Assembly: GCA_949289575.1 (NCBI GenBank)
Contig: CASEOG010000004.1
Coordinates: 6,053 to 70,052, forward strand
Length of the DNA: 64,000 nt
Origin: an uncultured Spirochaetales bacterium
GTDB taxonomy: Bacteria > Spirochaetota > Spirochaetia > JAFGXN01
Reading direction: 5' to 3'
Part shown: in pieces, positions 37,401 through 46,806 of the stretch
Numbering within the stretch: the first letter of the stretch is position 1
Layout of the letters: the number at the start of each line of letters is the position of its first letter
Program-made: the position numbers and the translations under genes
Notes under the pieces: generated by a model
What the model was told of the DNA's origin: nothing
The model's database searches: none
Seen by the model: the letters and a program-made list of their open reading frames with translations, nothing else

Positions 37401-38777
37401 ACCTTTCCGAAGGCCGAATTGTCGTATGATAATTTGTGGTTTTCCCCGAACGGTGACGGATTAAGAGATACACTGACATGGAAACAGAAATCGACATCGG
37501 AGGATTTGTGGACGGGCATAATCAGAAACAAAAACGGGAAAGAAGTTCGGACATTCAAAACAACGGGAAAACTTTCCGATTTTGTTTGGGACGGAAAAAA
37601 CAATCAGGGAAATCTGTTGCCGGACGGCGTATACTCTTATTCGCTCGAAGCGACGGATGAGGCCGGGAACCGGTTCTTTACCGAAGTCAGGGATATTCGT
37701 CTCGACCGGAGTCCGACACTGGTGTCGGTTTCTGTCTCTTCCCGCGGAATTTCGCCCAACGGCGACGGACGCCTCGATACAATGCTCATTAAACCGACTG
37801 TTTCCAATAAAACAGGTATCCGCAGCTGGAATATTGTTCTGAAACATGAGAACGGTGAGCGGAAAACTTACGCGGGAGAAGGTAATACCGTACCCGAATC
37901 GATAGAATGGGACGGACTGACCGACGCCGGAAAGCTGACGGAAGGAAAGTACAGCCTGACAATGACGGTTGACTATTTTAAAGGCGATCGTCCCGAAGCG
38001 GTTATCGACAATCTGATTGTCGACATAACGCCGCCCGTATTGAAAGTCAGTCTGAGCCCGCTGCCGTTCTCTCCCGATAATGATAATGTTAATGATGAAT
38101 TATCGATCGAGATCGGATTCGAGGAGGCTGGAGATATCGGGAAATGGCAGTTTGCCATCTTTGACCCCAAAAATAATCCCTTTAAAAAATTCGAGGGGCG
38201 GGGTAAAAAGGTCGGCGTCATCCGCTGGGACGGGCGTTCCTTTAAAGGGGATACTGTATTCTCGGCAGAGGATTATCCTTACCGATTTATGGCTGCCGAT
38301 CAATGGGGAAATTACAGCGAAATTTCCGGTGTGATTCCCGTTGATATTTTGGTGGTCAGAGACGGCGACCGGTTGAAAATTCAGATTGCCAATATCAATT
38401 TTGCGCCCAATTCACCCTCTCTTTCAAGCGGTGATCCCGAATTAATGAAGAAGAACCGGTCTGTTCTTAACCGCCTGGCACAAACACTGAAAAAATACAA
38501 AACGTATCAGGTACAGGTGGAAGGTCACGCCAATGCCGTATTATGGTATAATGCGGTACAGGCCGAAAAAGAAGAGAGAGAAAATTTATATCCGCTTTCA
38601 CTGGCGCGCGCAAAAACAATCGTTCAGGAACTTGAAAAATTGGGGGTCGATCCCCAGCGCCTGTCGGCAGTCGGTAAAGGCGGTACGAATCCGGTTATCG
38701 ATCCGAAAAAAGATGCGGAACTGTGGAAACGCGAAAACTGGAAGAACCGTCGTGTCGAATTTATTCTGGAAAAATAG
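34482..38777 (+). CDS. giant cell-envelope protein: signal peptide + N-terminal beta-barrel-like domain + 8 tandem FlgD-Ig-like repeats + C-terminal OmpA-like peptidoglycan-binding domain
   Basis: 1431 aa. N-terminal ~350 aa are Gly/aromatic-rich with alternating beta-strand patterning. Eight ~105-aa units each carry the FlgD-Ig-like signature FSPNxDGxxD plus a W...DG...G..LPDG.Y.Y...A.D.AGN motif. The C-terminus (NRLAQTLKKYKTYQVQVEGHANAV...LSLARAKTIVQELEKLGV...NRRVEF) is OmpA_C-like. Confidence 0.8.
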   Translation: MKRFILIGLFIFISGSVFSLNTEPDGKSDRYSSLLNPGQTFSGAGVLRNDSLTDTFVNPAVQAFQQRFAFDINYAGIVGHTDAHPRNGYPGHAVTLGAGLPSPIGYFTLTGGFFYSDLSDYALGSQGFFDVALGKKVFDDLYLGLGLKSVIGSLAGSSIDYLVAADLGVVHTPGNVGRVTDFKWGMALQNLGWGTMTPFNPNQNSRGLLAPDLFSVQAGLSFSVLKTERFNLGFETEILLPSFMNFEAGAGFLFEFERLFAFSVSSRVNALQLRDGDFSNLLPSFGFVCRYIPKAQDASVLDDLTEVHVKAGTGALKGLNLWTYQAGTTVFLGGEDTFAPEIRFEIQSESGETDAFFSATDTASVASSQAVGKSDASVFEKQAPAKELPIAVRGKKSETASSVKQDIPDSGEAVVRPVPSVQAPPHSDNPRPEYYVSPNFDGIQDSLRISFRLQDTRLIKSYSFIIEDESGRIVRVIQNKEQRSENKGRDFFKNLFRPYKGIHIPSEIVWDCTSDSGEIVADGLYSFYFTASDENDNISVSPRTYFVIDTVYPQVDFVYDEDDLIFSPNQDGSKDFLTVTQISSEEVLWKTQIENNFIGIVDIKNYKGKLPEQLVWGGKNQSGIPVPDGTYRYRAEAVDRAGNRTEKILDGIILNTEQTPIQLFTDATAISPKSETGNPFLTLTPDLAVKDDIVEWQICIINSSGEAVKELKGTGVMEGFIFDGLDSDGQPYPDGEYTARLNVVYRNGNRPQSVTPRFYIDTVAPSAEVSIPDPIFSPDQDGQKDCLVIRQKGSVESEWTAEISDRNGDIVFTQIWYGELPESFLFDGYDRNSRVLPDGVYSYRLTATDDAGNSGGSPSVPFTVDTRKSAVALKTGYAAFSPNGDGIKDTVELIPVIENQGNVTSYSLTVIDGSGRIVRDFSDSRYILPRYEFDGKDRNGKLLPDGNYRFKLNVVYANGQNVTQISRPVRLKTTFPKAELSYDNLWFSPNGDGLRDTLTWKQKSTSEDLWTGIIRNKNGKEVRTFKTTGKLSDFVWDGKNNQGNLLPDGVYSYSLEATDEAGNRFFTEVRDIRLDRSPTLVSVSVSSRGISPNGDGRLDTMLIKPTVSNKTGIRSWNIVLKHENGERKTYAGEGNTVPESIEWDGLTDAGKLTEGKYSLTMTVDYFKGDRPEAVIDNLIVDITPPVLKVSLSPLPFSPDNDNVNDELSIEIGFEEAGDIGKWQFAIFDPKNNPFKKFEGRGKKVGVIRWDGRSFKGDTVFSAEDYPYRFMAADQWGNYSEISGVIPVDILVVRDGDRLKIQIANINFAPNSPSLSSGDPELMKKNRSVLNRLAQTLKKYKTYQVQVEGHANAVLWYNAVQAEKEERENLYPLSLARAKTIVQELEKLGVDPQRLSAVGKGGTNPVIDPKKDAELWKRENWKNRRVEFILEK
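35781..38350 (+). repeat. eight tandem divergent ~315-bp coding repeats (FlgD-Ig-like modules) inside the giant envelope gene
   Basis: SPNxDG motifs occur at about 35790, 36178, 36493, 36805, 37123, 37441, 37753 and 38068. The period is about 315 bp. The first unit is longer. Confidence 0.7.
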
Positions 38778-38786
38778 GAGTTCTTT

Positions 38787-39785
38787 GTGAGTCGAAAATA
38801 TCTTTTTTTTCTTCCCGGAGCCGTATTAATCCTCATTGTTATCGTACTTGTGACAGCTTTCCCGGTTTTGAACTCGTCTCCGTCCCGTTCGGCAACGACG
38901 GTCCGTTCGTTTACTGTAGAGAGCGGAGAAGGTGTTTCCCATGTGGCTCACCGCCTGAAAGAAGAGGGACTGATTCGCAGTGAAACTTTTTTCAAGCTGA
39001 TATGCAGACTGTCGCGGCTTCAGTTTTCTTTGCAGAAAGGAAATTATCTGATCGAAGGCCGTTTGTCGTCAACGGCGATTCTGTCCATGATGACATCCGG
39101 AAAGCAGGTGACCGTTTCGGTCGTCATCCCGGAGGGTTATACGGTGCGGCAGATAGCCGATGTGCTTTATACCGGCAAAATCATTGCGGATCGGGACCGG
39201 TTCATTGAAGCCGTTCATGCCTTTTCTCTCGAGAAGTACGGTGTTAATCATACCGGAGCGGAAGGATTCCTCTTTCCCGATACCTATGTTTTTCAGTATA
39301 ACATGTTTTACAATGATATTATTTCCGTCATGACCGACAACTTTTTCAAAAAAGCAGACGAGGCGGGGCTGACAATCGATAATCATTTTTACGAAAAGGT
39401 CATTCTGGCTTCTGTTGTCGAAAAGGAGTATCGGGTCGAAGACGAGGCGCCGGTCATCGCTTCCGTATTTCTGAACCGGTTGAAAAAAAAGATGAGGCTC
39501 GAATCCTGTGCGACGGTTCTTTATGTTATCACCGAAATTCTCGGAAAACCGCATCCGAATCAGCTTTTTTATTCGGACTTGGAAATCGACAGTCCTTTTA
39601 ATACATACCGTAATGCGGGACTGCCTCCCGCTCCGGTATCGAATCCGGGAATGGTCGCATTGAAGGCGGCTTTTTATCCGGCAGAAACCGATTATCTGTT
39701 TTTCGTTGTCAGGGGTGACGGATCGGGGCGGCATACATTTACGAAAGATTTTTATACCCACAACTATTATAAGCGGCATAATTGA
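38787..39785 (+). CDS. mltG: endolytic murein transglycosylase MltG (YceG-like)
   Basis: 332 aa. N-terminal TM anchor. YceG signatures (LASVVEKE, CATVLYV, YNTYRNAGLPPAPVSNPG). GTG start with AGGAG RBS embedded in the end of the upstream gene. Confidence 0.85.
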   Translation: MSRKYLFFLPGAVLILIVIVLVTAFPVLNSSPSRSATTVRSFTVESGEGVSHVAHRLKEEGLIRSETFFKLICRLSRLQFSLQKGNYLIEGRLSSTAILSMMTSGKQVTVSVVIPEGYTVRQIADVLYTGKIIADRDRFIEAVHAFSLEKYGVNHTGAEGFLFPDTYVFQYNMFYNDIISVMTDNFFKKADEAGLTIDNHFYEKVILASVVEKEYRVEDEAPVIASVFLNRLKKKMRLESCATVLYVITEILGKPHPNQLFYSDLEIDSPFNTYRNAGLPPAPVSNPGMVALKAAFYPAETDYLFFVVRGDGSGRHTFTKDFYTHNYYKRHN

Positions 39786-39786
39786 A

Positions 39787-41583
39787 ATGGCAGTGATTCC
39801 CAAAGAGGTGATTACGGCAGTTATGGAGTCTGCCTCTATTGTAGATGTTGTTTCGCGTTATACGACAAAAATTGTCAGGAAAGGAGAGCGCTACTTTGCC
39901 TGTTGTCCTTTTCATAACGAGAAAACGCCCTCCATGTCCATCACCCCTTCCAGAAATATGTTTCACTGTTTCGGATGCGGCGAAAGCGGAACTGTGATTT
40001 CTTTTCTGCAGAAAATCGAAAAAATCTCATTTTCGGAAGCTGTGGCCAGATTGGCCGATGAATTTCATGTTCCGTTTCATCTCTCTTCCGTTCAGACAGT
40101 TTATGACAGGCAGCGCGACGCTTACTATGCGATTTATGCCCGGGTGAGGGATTTGTATCATGAAGAACTGTTAAATCGCAGGAAAGATTCTGCGATCGAC
40201 AGATATATTAAAGAACGGGGAATCCCCGAAGAGGTCATTCGGGAATTCCGGCTGGGGTATTCACCGGCCGACCGGCAGTGGCTGTGGGGGCGTTTGCAGT
40301 CGGAAGGGTATTCTCCTTCATATCTGAAATCGGATATCGGTCTGTTCTCCAAAAATTATGATAAAATTTCTTTCTTTTCAAATCGGCTTATGTTTCCCAT
40401 TCACGACAGTTTCGGGCATTGTCTGGCTTTCGGCGGGCGGCTTTTGGAAGGAGAGGGGCCTAAGTATCTGAATACGGGAAAAACATCTTATTTCGAAAAA
40501 GGAAACGGATTTTATTTCGGACCGGATGCTTTCCGGGAAATGAGAATTCATGAGACTGCCGTTTTGTGCGAGGGGTATATGGACGTGATTGCCTTTTACC
40601 GGGCCGGAATTAAGAATGTTTTTGCGCCTTTAGGGACGGCATTTACGCAAAACCAGGCCGAGTTGCTGGCCGTTTCGGGCGCCAAAACGGTTTTGATCGG
40701 TTTTGACGGAGATGATGCGGGAAAACGGGCGGCCGCAAAGGCTGTCGAAATTCTTCGACGAAAAAATATCGGAGCAAAAGTTGCCGAATTCACGGAATAT
40801 AAAGATCCGGATGAATATTTAAACAAAGAGGGACCCGAATCGCTGAAAAATTTATTAAAAAATGGTATAAACGGGTTGGATTTTCTAATAAAAAATATTA
40901 TAGTAAAACATGGAAATTTAGATTCTCCTGAAGCAAAAGAAGCTGTTGTTTCGGAGGTTTTTCCGTATATCGGTTCTATCGGGAGTGAAGTAGGTAAAAA
41001 CGCAGCCTTACAGTCTTTAGCGGAGAAATTGCATATCAGCGAGAAGGCCGTATCGGATGATTTTCGGGTTTTTTCCGAAAAAAATCATGACCGGACAAAG
41101 ACTGCCGCGACAAGACCGACACTCAAGACAGAGCCGCCGGTTCCTGCCGTACGGACAGACGACAGCCAGGAATTTTTTCTGTTTGCGGCGTTGGTAGCGG
41201 AGCCGGCCTGTTTCGAACAGGTCAGGCGATGTATCGGTGTGGAGGATCTTGTTTCGGCTCGGGCTCGTGAAATTTATTATCTGTTGGAAGATGCGTACAG
41301 AAAAAATCGGTTAAATTCCGATGCGATTCTTTCAATGATGGAAGATTCCTCCGCGGTGCGGTTTATCGTCGAGAAACTCGCCGATAATGAGTTTTCATCC
41401 GAGAATATTAAAAAAATGATTCCCGATTTGATTTTACAGGAGAGAATTTTCATTTTGAAAAACAAAATAGATGATCTTCAATTTAAGATTTCCCATTCCT
41501 CCGGTAAAAGCAGAGAAACGGTCGATAATTTTATTCGTGAGAAAATAAAATATGAAAAAGAGTTGTCGAAACTCAAACCGTAA
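39787..41583 (+). CDS. dnaG: DNA primase
   Basis: Zinc-binding CCPFHNEKTPSMSI...FHCFGCGESG. TOPRIM domain (EGYMDVI, GFDGDDAG). ATG 39787 right after the mltG stop. Confidence 0.9.
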   Translation: MAVIPKEVITAVMESASIVDVVSRYTTKIVRKGERYFACCPFHNEKTPSMSITPSRNMFHCFGCGESGTVISFLQKIEKISFSEAVARLADEFHVPFHLSSVQTVYDRQRDAYYAIYARVRDLYHEELLNRRKDSAIDRYIKERGIPEEVIREFRLGYSPADRQWLWGRLQSEGYSPSYLKSDIGLFSKNYDKISFFSNRLMFPIHDSFGHCLAFGGRLLEGEGPKYLNTGKTSYFEKGNGFYFGPDAFREMRIHETAVLCEGYMDVIAFYRAGIKNVFAPLGTAFTQNQAELLAVSGAKTVLIGFDGDDAGKRAAAKAVEILRRKNIGAKVAEFTEYKDPDEYLNKEGPESLKNLLKNGINGLDFLIKNIIVKHGNLDSPEAKEAVVSEVFPYIGSIGSEVGKNAALQSLAEKLHISEKAVSDDFRVFSEKNHDRTKTAATRPTLKTEPPVPAVRTDDSQEFFLFAALVAEPACFEQVRRCIGVEDLVSARAREIYYLLEDAYRKNRLNSDAILSMMEDSSAVRFIVEKLADNEFSSENIKKMIPDLILQERIFILKNKIDDLQFKISHSSGKSRETVDNFIREKIKYEKELSKLKP

Positions 41584-41601
41584 ACCGGAGAAACAGATAG
41601 A

Positions 41602-43617
41602 ATGAAGAAAGAAATTAATGGCTTTTCTACCAAAGAAATTCTTGATTTAATTAAACCGAGGAAAAAGCTTTCGTTCGACGAATTAAATGATTTGCTTCCG
41701 GACAATTTCGATGCCAACTATCTCGACGAAGTTTACGATTTGTTGGAAGATGCGGGAATTGAGTTGGAAGATGATTCTTTTATCGATAACGACGATGAGA
41801 AAGAATCGGAGATGACGGCGGAGGACGATATGGATTCCGCCGATTATCAGCCCGAATCCGAACCGAATCTCGACGACATTGAAAATATCGACTCTCTCGC
41901 GGATGAGGATGACGAAGATATTGTCGAAATGGATGACGATATGCGTCCCGATGCAGCTATTGCCAAACTGGGTGAGATGCGGCAAATGTCTTCCGGAATG
42001 GATGACATGGAGACACTCGAAAATCCCGATATCGAGGCGGAAGAGACCGAAGATGAAGATCTCGATGTTTATGCGGACGAGGATTCAAGACAGGATGCAT
42101 CCGGCGATTCCGACTCCGATATGCCTTCTTCTTCCGGTATGGTGACTTCATCAAAGGATATTTCGGCAAATGATGATCCGATCCGGCTTTATTTGCATGA
42201 AATCGGAAAAGAGCCCCTGCTGAGCGGAGAGGAAGAAGGTGCATTGGCCCGTGAAATGGAAAAAGGGGCCGAAATGATTCTTCATGTGATTAAATCAAGC
42301 GGTATGATTATCGATCGGTTTAATCAGCTGCTGGTGCGTATCGCCGAACGCCAGTCTCATCTGGATGATAATACAAAAAAAATCGACGACCATGAGGATT
42401 CCAAAAAACTCGACACATACAAGGACCGTCTTAAAGGAATTGCATCAAAGATTAAATCATACAAAGAACTGAAAAGTAAATACAAGACGTACAGCGAATT
42501 CCTCGAAGACGAAGAGCTTCAGAAAAAAAAGAAAAGTCTTTTGAAAGCGATCCAAGGAATCGTGATCGAACAGGATGATATTATTACCTATTCCGATGAA
42601 TTTATTACCGTTCAGAATAAAATCCACAGAATTCAGAATGAACAGGAAAAACTTCAGAAAGTCCTGAAAATTTCGAGTATAAAAGAATTGCGTTCACTCA
42701 GCAGGGATTTGGCTATCTCTTCCAAACGGGGAGATATCGAAACCCGGCTGATGCTCAGTGCCAATCTGATTAAAGACCGGATTCGAAAATATCAGGAAAA
42801 TTACAATACATTTAAGGACATCGAATTTCTGTTTGAGGACAGAATCCCCGACATTCTGGAAAAAGCAATCGAGATTAAAAAAGGAAAGGAAAAGCTTAAA
42901 TCGGCCAAAGATAAACTGATTCAGTCCAATCTCAGACTTGTAGTCAGTATCGCCAAAAAATACACGAATCGCGGACTTCATTTTTTCGATCTCGTTCAGG
43001 AAGGAAATATCGGTCTGATAAAAGCGGTTGAAAAATTCAATTATAAATTGAATTATAAATTTTCGACTTATGCGACATGGTGGATTCGTCAGGCGATTAC
43101 CCGTTCTATATCGGATCAGGCACGCACAATCCGTGTGCCGGTCCATATGATTGAGCAGATTAATAAAGTATCCCGCGAATCAAGACAACTGATGCAGTCG
43201 TTGGGCCGTGAACCGACCGACGAGGAAATTGCCGAAAAACTCGGATGGCCTCTGGAGAAAGTGACCTCCGTAAAAAGTGTCGCCAGAGAACCGATTTCGT
43301 TGGAATCTCCTTTGGGCGAGGAAGAAGATTCTCTTTTGGGAGATTTTATAGAAGATAAAGCGGTCGAGAATCCGGCCAATCAGACGGCATTTAAAATGTT
43401 GCAGGAGCATTTGCGCGGAATACTCAATGATCTGCCGGAAAGAGAACGGGAGGTCATTCAGATGCGCTTCGGACTGGAAGACGGATATTCGCTTACGCTT
43501 GAAGAGGTGGGACTCTATTTTAATGTGACCAGAGAGCGAATTCGGCAGATAGAAGCAAAAGCATTGAGACGTTTAAAATTACCGAAACATACGGAACGGT
43601 TAACGGATTATAAATAA
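41602..43617 (+). CDS. rpoD: RNA polymerase sigma factor RpoD (sigma-70) with long acidic N-terminal region
   Basis: Region 2.x [34 protein letters not shown]. Region 4 ([28 protein letters not shown]). Acidic region 1.1 and non-conserved region. Confidence 0.95.
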   Translation: MKKEINGFSTKEILDLIKPRKKLSFDELNDLLPDNFDANYLDEVYDLLEDAGIELEDDSFIDNDDEKESEMTAEDDMDSADYQPESEPNLDDIENIDSLADEDDEDIVEMDDDMRPDAAIAKLGEMRQMSSGMDDMETLENPDIEAEETEDEDLDVYADEDSRQDASGDSDSDMPSSSGMVTSSKDISANDDPIRLYLHEIGKEPLLSGEEEGALAREMEKGAEMILHVIKSSGMIIDRFNQLLVRIAERQSHLDDNTKKIDDHEDSKKLDTYKDRLKGIASKIKSYKELKSKYKTYSEFLEDEELQKKKKSLLKAIQGIVIEQDDIITYSDEFITVQNKIHRIQNEQEKLQKVLKISSIKELRSLSRDLAISSKRGDIETRLMLSANLIKDRIRKYQENYNTFKDIEFLFEDRIPDILEKAIEIKKGKEKLKSAKDKLIQSNLRLVVSIAKKYTNRGLHFFDLVQEGNIGLIKAVEKFNYKLNYKFSTYATWWIRQAITRSISDQARTIRVPVHMIEQINKVSRESRQLMQSLGREPTDEEIAEKLGWPLEKVTSVKSVAREPISLESPLGEEEDSLLGDFIEDKAVENPANQTAFKMLQEHLRGILNDLPEREREVIQMRFGLEDGYSLTLEEVGLYFNVTRERIRQIEAKALRRLKLPKHTERLTDYK

Positions 43618-43634
43618 AAGGAGAGGAGAAGCAA

Positions 43635-44429
43635 ATGAATAACAGCACGAAAACGGGACTGATCGGATTACAGGAAGTTTTGTATAAAAAATCTCTTTTG
43701 GAAAAAGAGATTTCCGATGCCCCCAAGACTTTAATGACAAACATCGAAGTTCTTAACAAATTAAAAAAGGCATACGTCGAGAAAAACAATTATCTGGAAA
43801 GAAAAACCGAAAGAATAAACAAAATCAGAGAACGGTTAAACGATCTCGAAGTTCAGAGAAACGAAGCCGAAAAGCAGATGGGAGATATCGAGACGCAGAG
43901 AGAATACGAGCTTCTCGACAAGAAGATTAAAGAATTCGCCCAAAAAGAGCAGGAACTTCGGATTAAATACAACAAAGAACGTCAGGAATTCGACGAGCTG
44001 AAGCTTGATATGTCCAATAAGGAAAACATGATTCTGGCGCAGGAAAAAGAAATCGAGGCCGAAAAAGAGAAGCTGGAATCGTATATTGCCTCCAAGCAGA
44101 CAGAACTCGACAGTCTGAAAGGCAGAGAAAAAGAAATTCTGCCGGGAATAGGAGACGATATTGTTTATAAATTCGATCGGATTGTCAGAAAAAAAGAGGG
44201 CGTGGCTATTGTTCCGATAAAGAACGGAGTCTGTACGGGGTGTAATATCATGCTGACGCCCCAGTTCGTGAACGAAGTACGTGAAGAAACTTCCATTTCG
44301 TTCTGCCCGTATTGCAGCCGGATTCTGTACTGCGAAGATAACGAAATCGAGCAGGAACAGGCCGAAATGAAATTTGACGATGCCGATTTGGGAGGTCTTT
44401 CGGATTTGAATCCGGATGTTGATTTTTAA
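43635..44429 (+). CDS. coiled-coil C4 zinc-ribbon domain protein (COG1579/DUF164-like)
   Basis: 264 aa. Long heptad-repeat coiled coil followed by CTGCNIML...CPYCSRIL zinc ribbon. Confidence 0.65.
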   Translation: MNNSTKTGLIGLQEVLYKKSLLEKEISDAPKTLMTNIEVLNKLKKAYVEKNNYLERKTERINKIRERLNDLEVQRNEAEKQMGDIETQREYELLDKKIKEFAQKEQELRIKYNKERQEFDELKLDMSNKENMILAQEKEIEAEKEKLESYIASKQTELDSLKGREKEILPGIGDDIVYKFDRIVRKKEGVAIVPIKNGVCTGCNIMLTPQFVNEVREETSISFCPYCSRILYCEDNEIEQEQAEMKFDDADLGGLSDLNPDVDF

Positions 44430-44432
44430 GTA

Positions 44433-44772
44433 AACAGGCCGAGCAGTCGCTTTGCGTACCGTCGGTATGCAAAGAGGAAAGTCCGGGCTCCGCAGAACAG
44501 AATGCCGGATAACATCCGGGGCCGTTTTTAACGGTACAGAAAGTGCAACAGAAAAGATACAGCCCGTATCTTACGGGCAATGGTGAAATGGTGAGGTAAG
44601 AGCTCACCGCAACGTCGGTAACGGCGCTGTTGGCAAACCTCATTCGGAGCAAGGTTAAATAGGCAACCGGGTTGTTCGCCCGATGGTTGCGGGTAAACTG
44701 CTACACGGTTTCCGCGAGGGAACCGGCAGATAGATGACTGCACAGACAGAACCCGGCTTACAGGCCTGTTTT
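44433..44772 (+). ncRNA. rnpB: RNase P RNA (bacterial type A)
   Basis: Universally conserved blocks GAGGAAAGTCCGGGCTCC (P4 5' strand), ACAGAAAGTGCAACAGAAA, GGTAAGAGCTCACC, CGGTAACGGCG, AGCAAGGTTAAATAGG and ACAGAACCCGGCTTA (P4 3' strand). P1 pairs AACAGGCC with GGCCTGTT. A T-run follows. Confidence 0.9.
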
Positions 44773-44794
44773 TTATAGACAGTTGGAGATTCTT

Positions 44795-45739
44795 ATGAGT
44801 AAGAACAGTTATGTTTTTTATCAGTCACCGCGAAAAAAAGCCCTGCGCGCTTTGAAAATTACGGCTGCCGTTGTTATTCCTGCGGCGGTCGCGGTCTTCG
44901 TTGTTTGGGGTATTGCTTCGGGACAGTTCGCCCGGTGGTCCGAAAAAGACGAACGGCTGAACGGTGATTACGAAGCTCTTTTTGCCGAGAAAAAATACGA
45001 TTTGGTGATGGAAGTCACTTCCGAAGTTCTTGCCGGGAATCCTTTTGATAAAAAGGCTTTGATATATGACGGCTTTGCCAATTATTATTACGCAATTCAG
45101 CTGGATTCTTTCGAAGAGCAGCTGAATTATCTCGATCGGGCAGCGCTTTCTTTGCGGAAGGTGCGTGTTTTGGATGAAAACCGTCTGACAGGAAAAATCG
45201 ATTATTTCCTGGGACGGATTTATTATATGAAGGGAACATTCTATCTCGACGAATCGATCGTCTATTTCCAGTCATCCCTCGACCTCGGATATAAAGACCA
45301 TAAAAACGAAATCTATTATTTTCTGGGGATGGCATACTCCCGTATCGGAATGTTTGACGAAAGTCTGAATTGGCTTAAAAAAGTGGAAGGGGATTCCGAT
45401 GTATCCGGTCTTTTAATTGCCATTACATATTATCATCAAAAAAATTATCCGGTCGCACTGGAAAATCTGGATATGATACGGCGGCAGACAAAGGATGACA
45501 AAGTCAAACTCAGCTGTGACTTTTGGAAAGCCAAAACATATCTGGAACAGAATAAATACGAAGAAGCCATCAGACTTTACACGGAGATTCTCGAAGAAGT
45601 GGATTCCGCGGATGCGCATTATAATTTAGGACTGGTATATAAAAAAATGAACAATATCATCCAGGCAAGAGCCGAATGGAGAAAAGCGATTAAATTACAG
45701 CCGACCCACATGGGGGCATTAATGGAGTTAAATCATTAA
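44795..45739 (+). CDS. membrane-anchored TPR-repeat protein
   Basis: N-terminal TM (ITAAVVIPAAVAVFVVWGIA) and several TPR-like units (e.g. AHYNLGLVYKKMNNIIQARAEWRKAIKLQP). ATG 44795 has GGAG 7 nt upstream. The six-frame ORF starts at TTG 44783. Confidence 0.6.
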   Translation: MSKNSYVFYQSPRKKALRALKITAAVVIPAAVAVFVVWGIASGQFARWSEKDERLNGDYEALFAEKKYDLVMEVTSEVLAGNPFDKKALIYDGFANYYYAIQLDSFEEQLNYLDRAALSLRKVRVLDENRLTGKIDYFLGRIYYMKGTFYLDESIVYFQSSLDLGYKDHKNEIYYFLGMAYSRIGMFDESLNWLKKVEGDSDVSGLLIAITYYHQKNYPVALENLDMIRRQTKDDKVKLSCDFWKAKTYLEQNKYEEAIRLYTEILEEVDSADAHYNLGLVYKKMNNIIQARAEWRKAIKLQPTHMGALMELNH

Positions 45740-45757
45740 TAAGGGAGGATTCTGAAT

Positions 45758-46792
45758 ATGAAAAAGAACATTTTGGATACCTTTTCCACCGATATCGGAA
45801 TGGATTTGGGAACCTGTAATACGCTTGTTTATTTGAGAGGCAGAGGGATTGTCCTGAAAGAGCCTTCTGTTGTTGCCATCGAAAGAGGAACGAAGCGGGT
45901 GGTGGCCGTCGGACAGGAAGCCAAACGTATGTTGTGGCGGACTCCCGATAAAATTATTACAATTCGTCCTTTGAGAGACGGTGTTATTGCCGATTTGGAT
46001 ACGACCGAAAAGATGATTCGTTATTTCTGTTCGCAGGTCATCAAAAAACGGTTTTTTATTAAACCGCGGATGGTTATCGGGGTACCTTCCTGTATAACGG
46101 ATGTGGAAAGACGTGCGGTTGTCGAAAGTGCCATGAAAGCCGGAGCCCGGAATGTTATTCTGATTGAAGAATCCCTGGCGGCGGCAATCGGAGCGGGAAT
46201 GCCGATACACGATCCGGTCGGCAATATGGTCTGCGATGTCGGCGGCGGAACTTCCGAGATCTCCGTTATTTCTTACGGGAATATGGTTGTGACACGGGCT
46301 ATTCGGGTCGGCGGAGATGAGTTTGACGAATCGATTATCAAATATGTACGTGATAAACGAAACCTGATTATCGGTCAGTCGACAGCCGAAGAAATTAAAA
46401 TCAGTATCGGAAATGTTTTGCCCGATGACAAAATCGAAAAAAAAGAGGTTAAAGGAGTCGATACGATTACGGGACTTCCCCGACGAATCGAATTGGATTC
46501 CGTCGAAGTCCGTGATTCGCTGCTTTCTTCCGTCGATCTCATTTTGGAAGAAATCAAAAAAACACTCGCCGCAACTCCGGCCGAACTGGCGGCAGATATC
46601 ATCGAACGGGGTATTGTTCTGACAGGTGGAGGCGCTTTACTGAAAGGATTCGGACAGTATATCTCCAATCAGACAAAAGTACCGGTTATCGTAGCCGAGG
46701 ATCCTTTGCTGTGTGTTGCCAAAGGGGCCGGAATGTATTTCGATTCGGTAACAAACAGTTACGGAGACAATAATCTCTATAATGACCTGTAA
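45758..46792 (+). CDS. mreB: rod shape-determining protein MreB
   Basis: 344 aa, actin-like ATPase ([37 protein letters not shown]). Confidence 0.95.
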   Translation: MKKNILDTFSTDIGMDLGTCNTLVYLRGRGIVLKEPSVVAIERGTKRVVAVGQEAKRMLWRTPDKIITIRPLRDGVIADLDTTEKMIRYFCSQVIKKRFFIKPRMVIGVPSCITDVERRAVVESAMKAGARNVILIEESLAAAIGAGMPIHDPVGNMVCDVGGGTSEISVISYGNMVVTRAIRVGGDEFDESIIKYVRDKRNLIIGQSTAEEIKISIGNVLPDDKIEKKEVKGVDTITGLPRRIELDSVEVRDSLLSSVDLILEEIKKTLAATPAELAADIIERGIVLTGGGALLKGFGQYISNQTKVPVIVAEDPLLCVAKGAGMYFDSVTNSYGDNNLYNDL

Positions 46793-46806
46793 ACATCCGA
46801 ACGGTT

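Noticed and set aside
43036-43060. Apparent 12-bp tandem duplication AATTATAAATTG/AATTATAAATTT inside rpoD
   Set aside because: Translation ([16 protein letters not shown]) has the same length as the canonical sigma-70 region 2.2-2.3 (E. coli [16 protein letters not shown]). It is a chance nucleotide repeat, not an insertion or slippage product.
44248-44743. Minus-strand ORFs 44248-44652 (134 aa) and 44528-44743 (71 aa)
   Set aside because: They lie antisense within the RNase P RNA gene. Their Cys/Arg-rich products are typical of spurious ORFs in structured-RNA genes.
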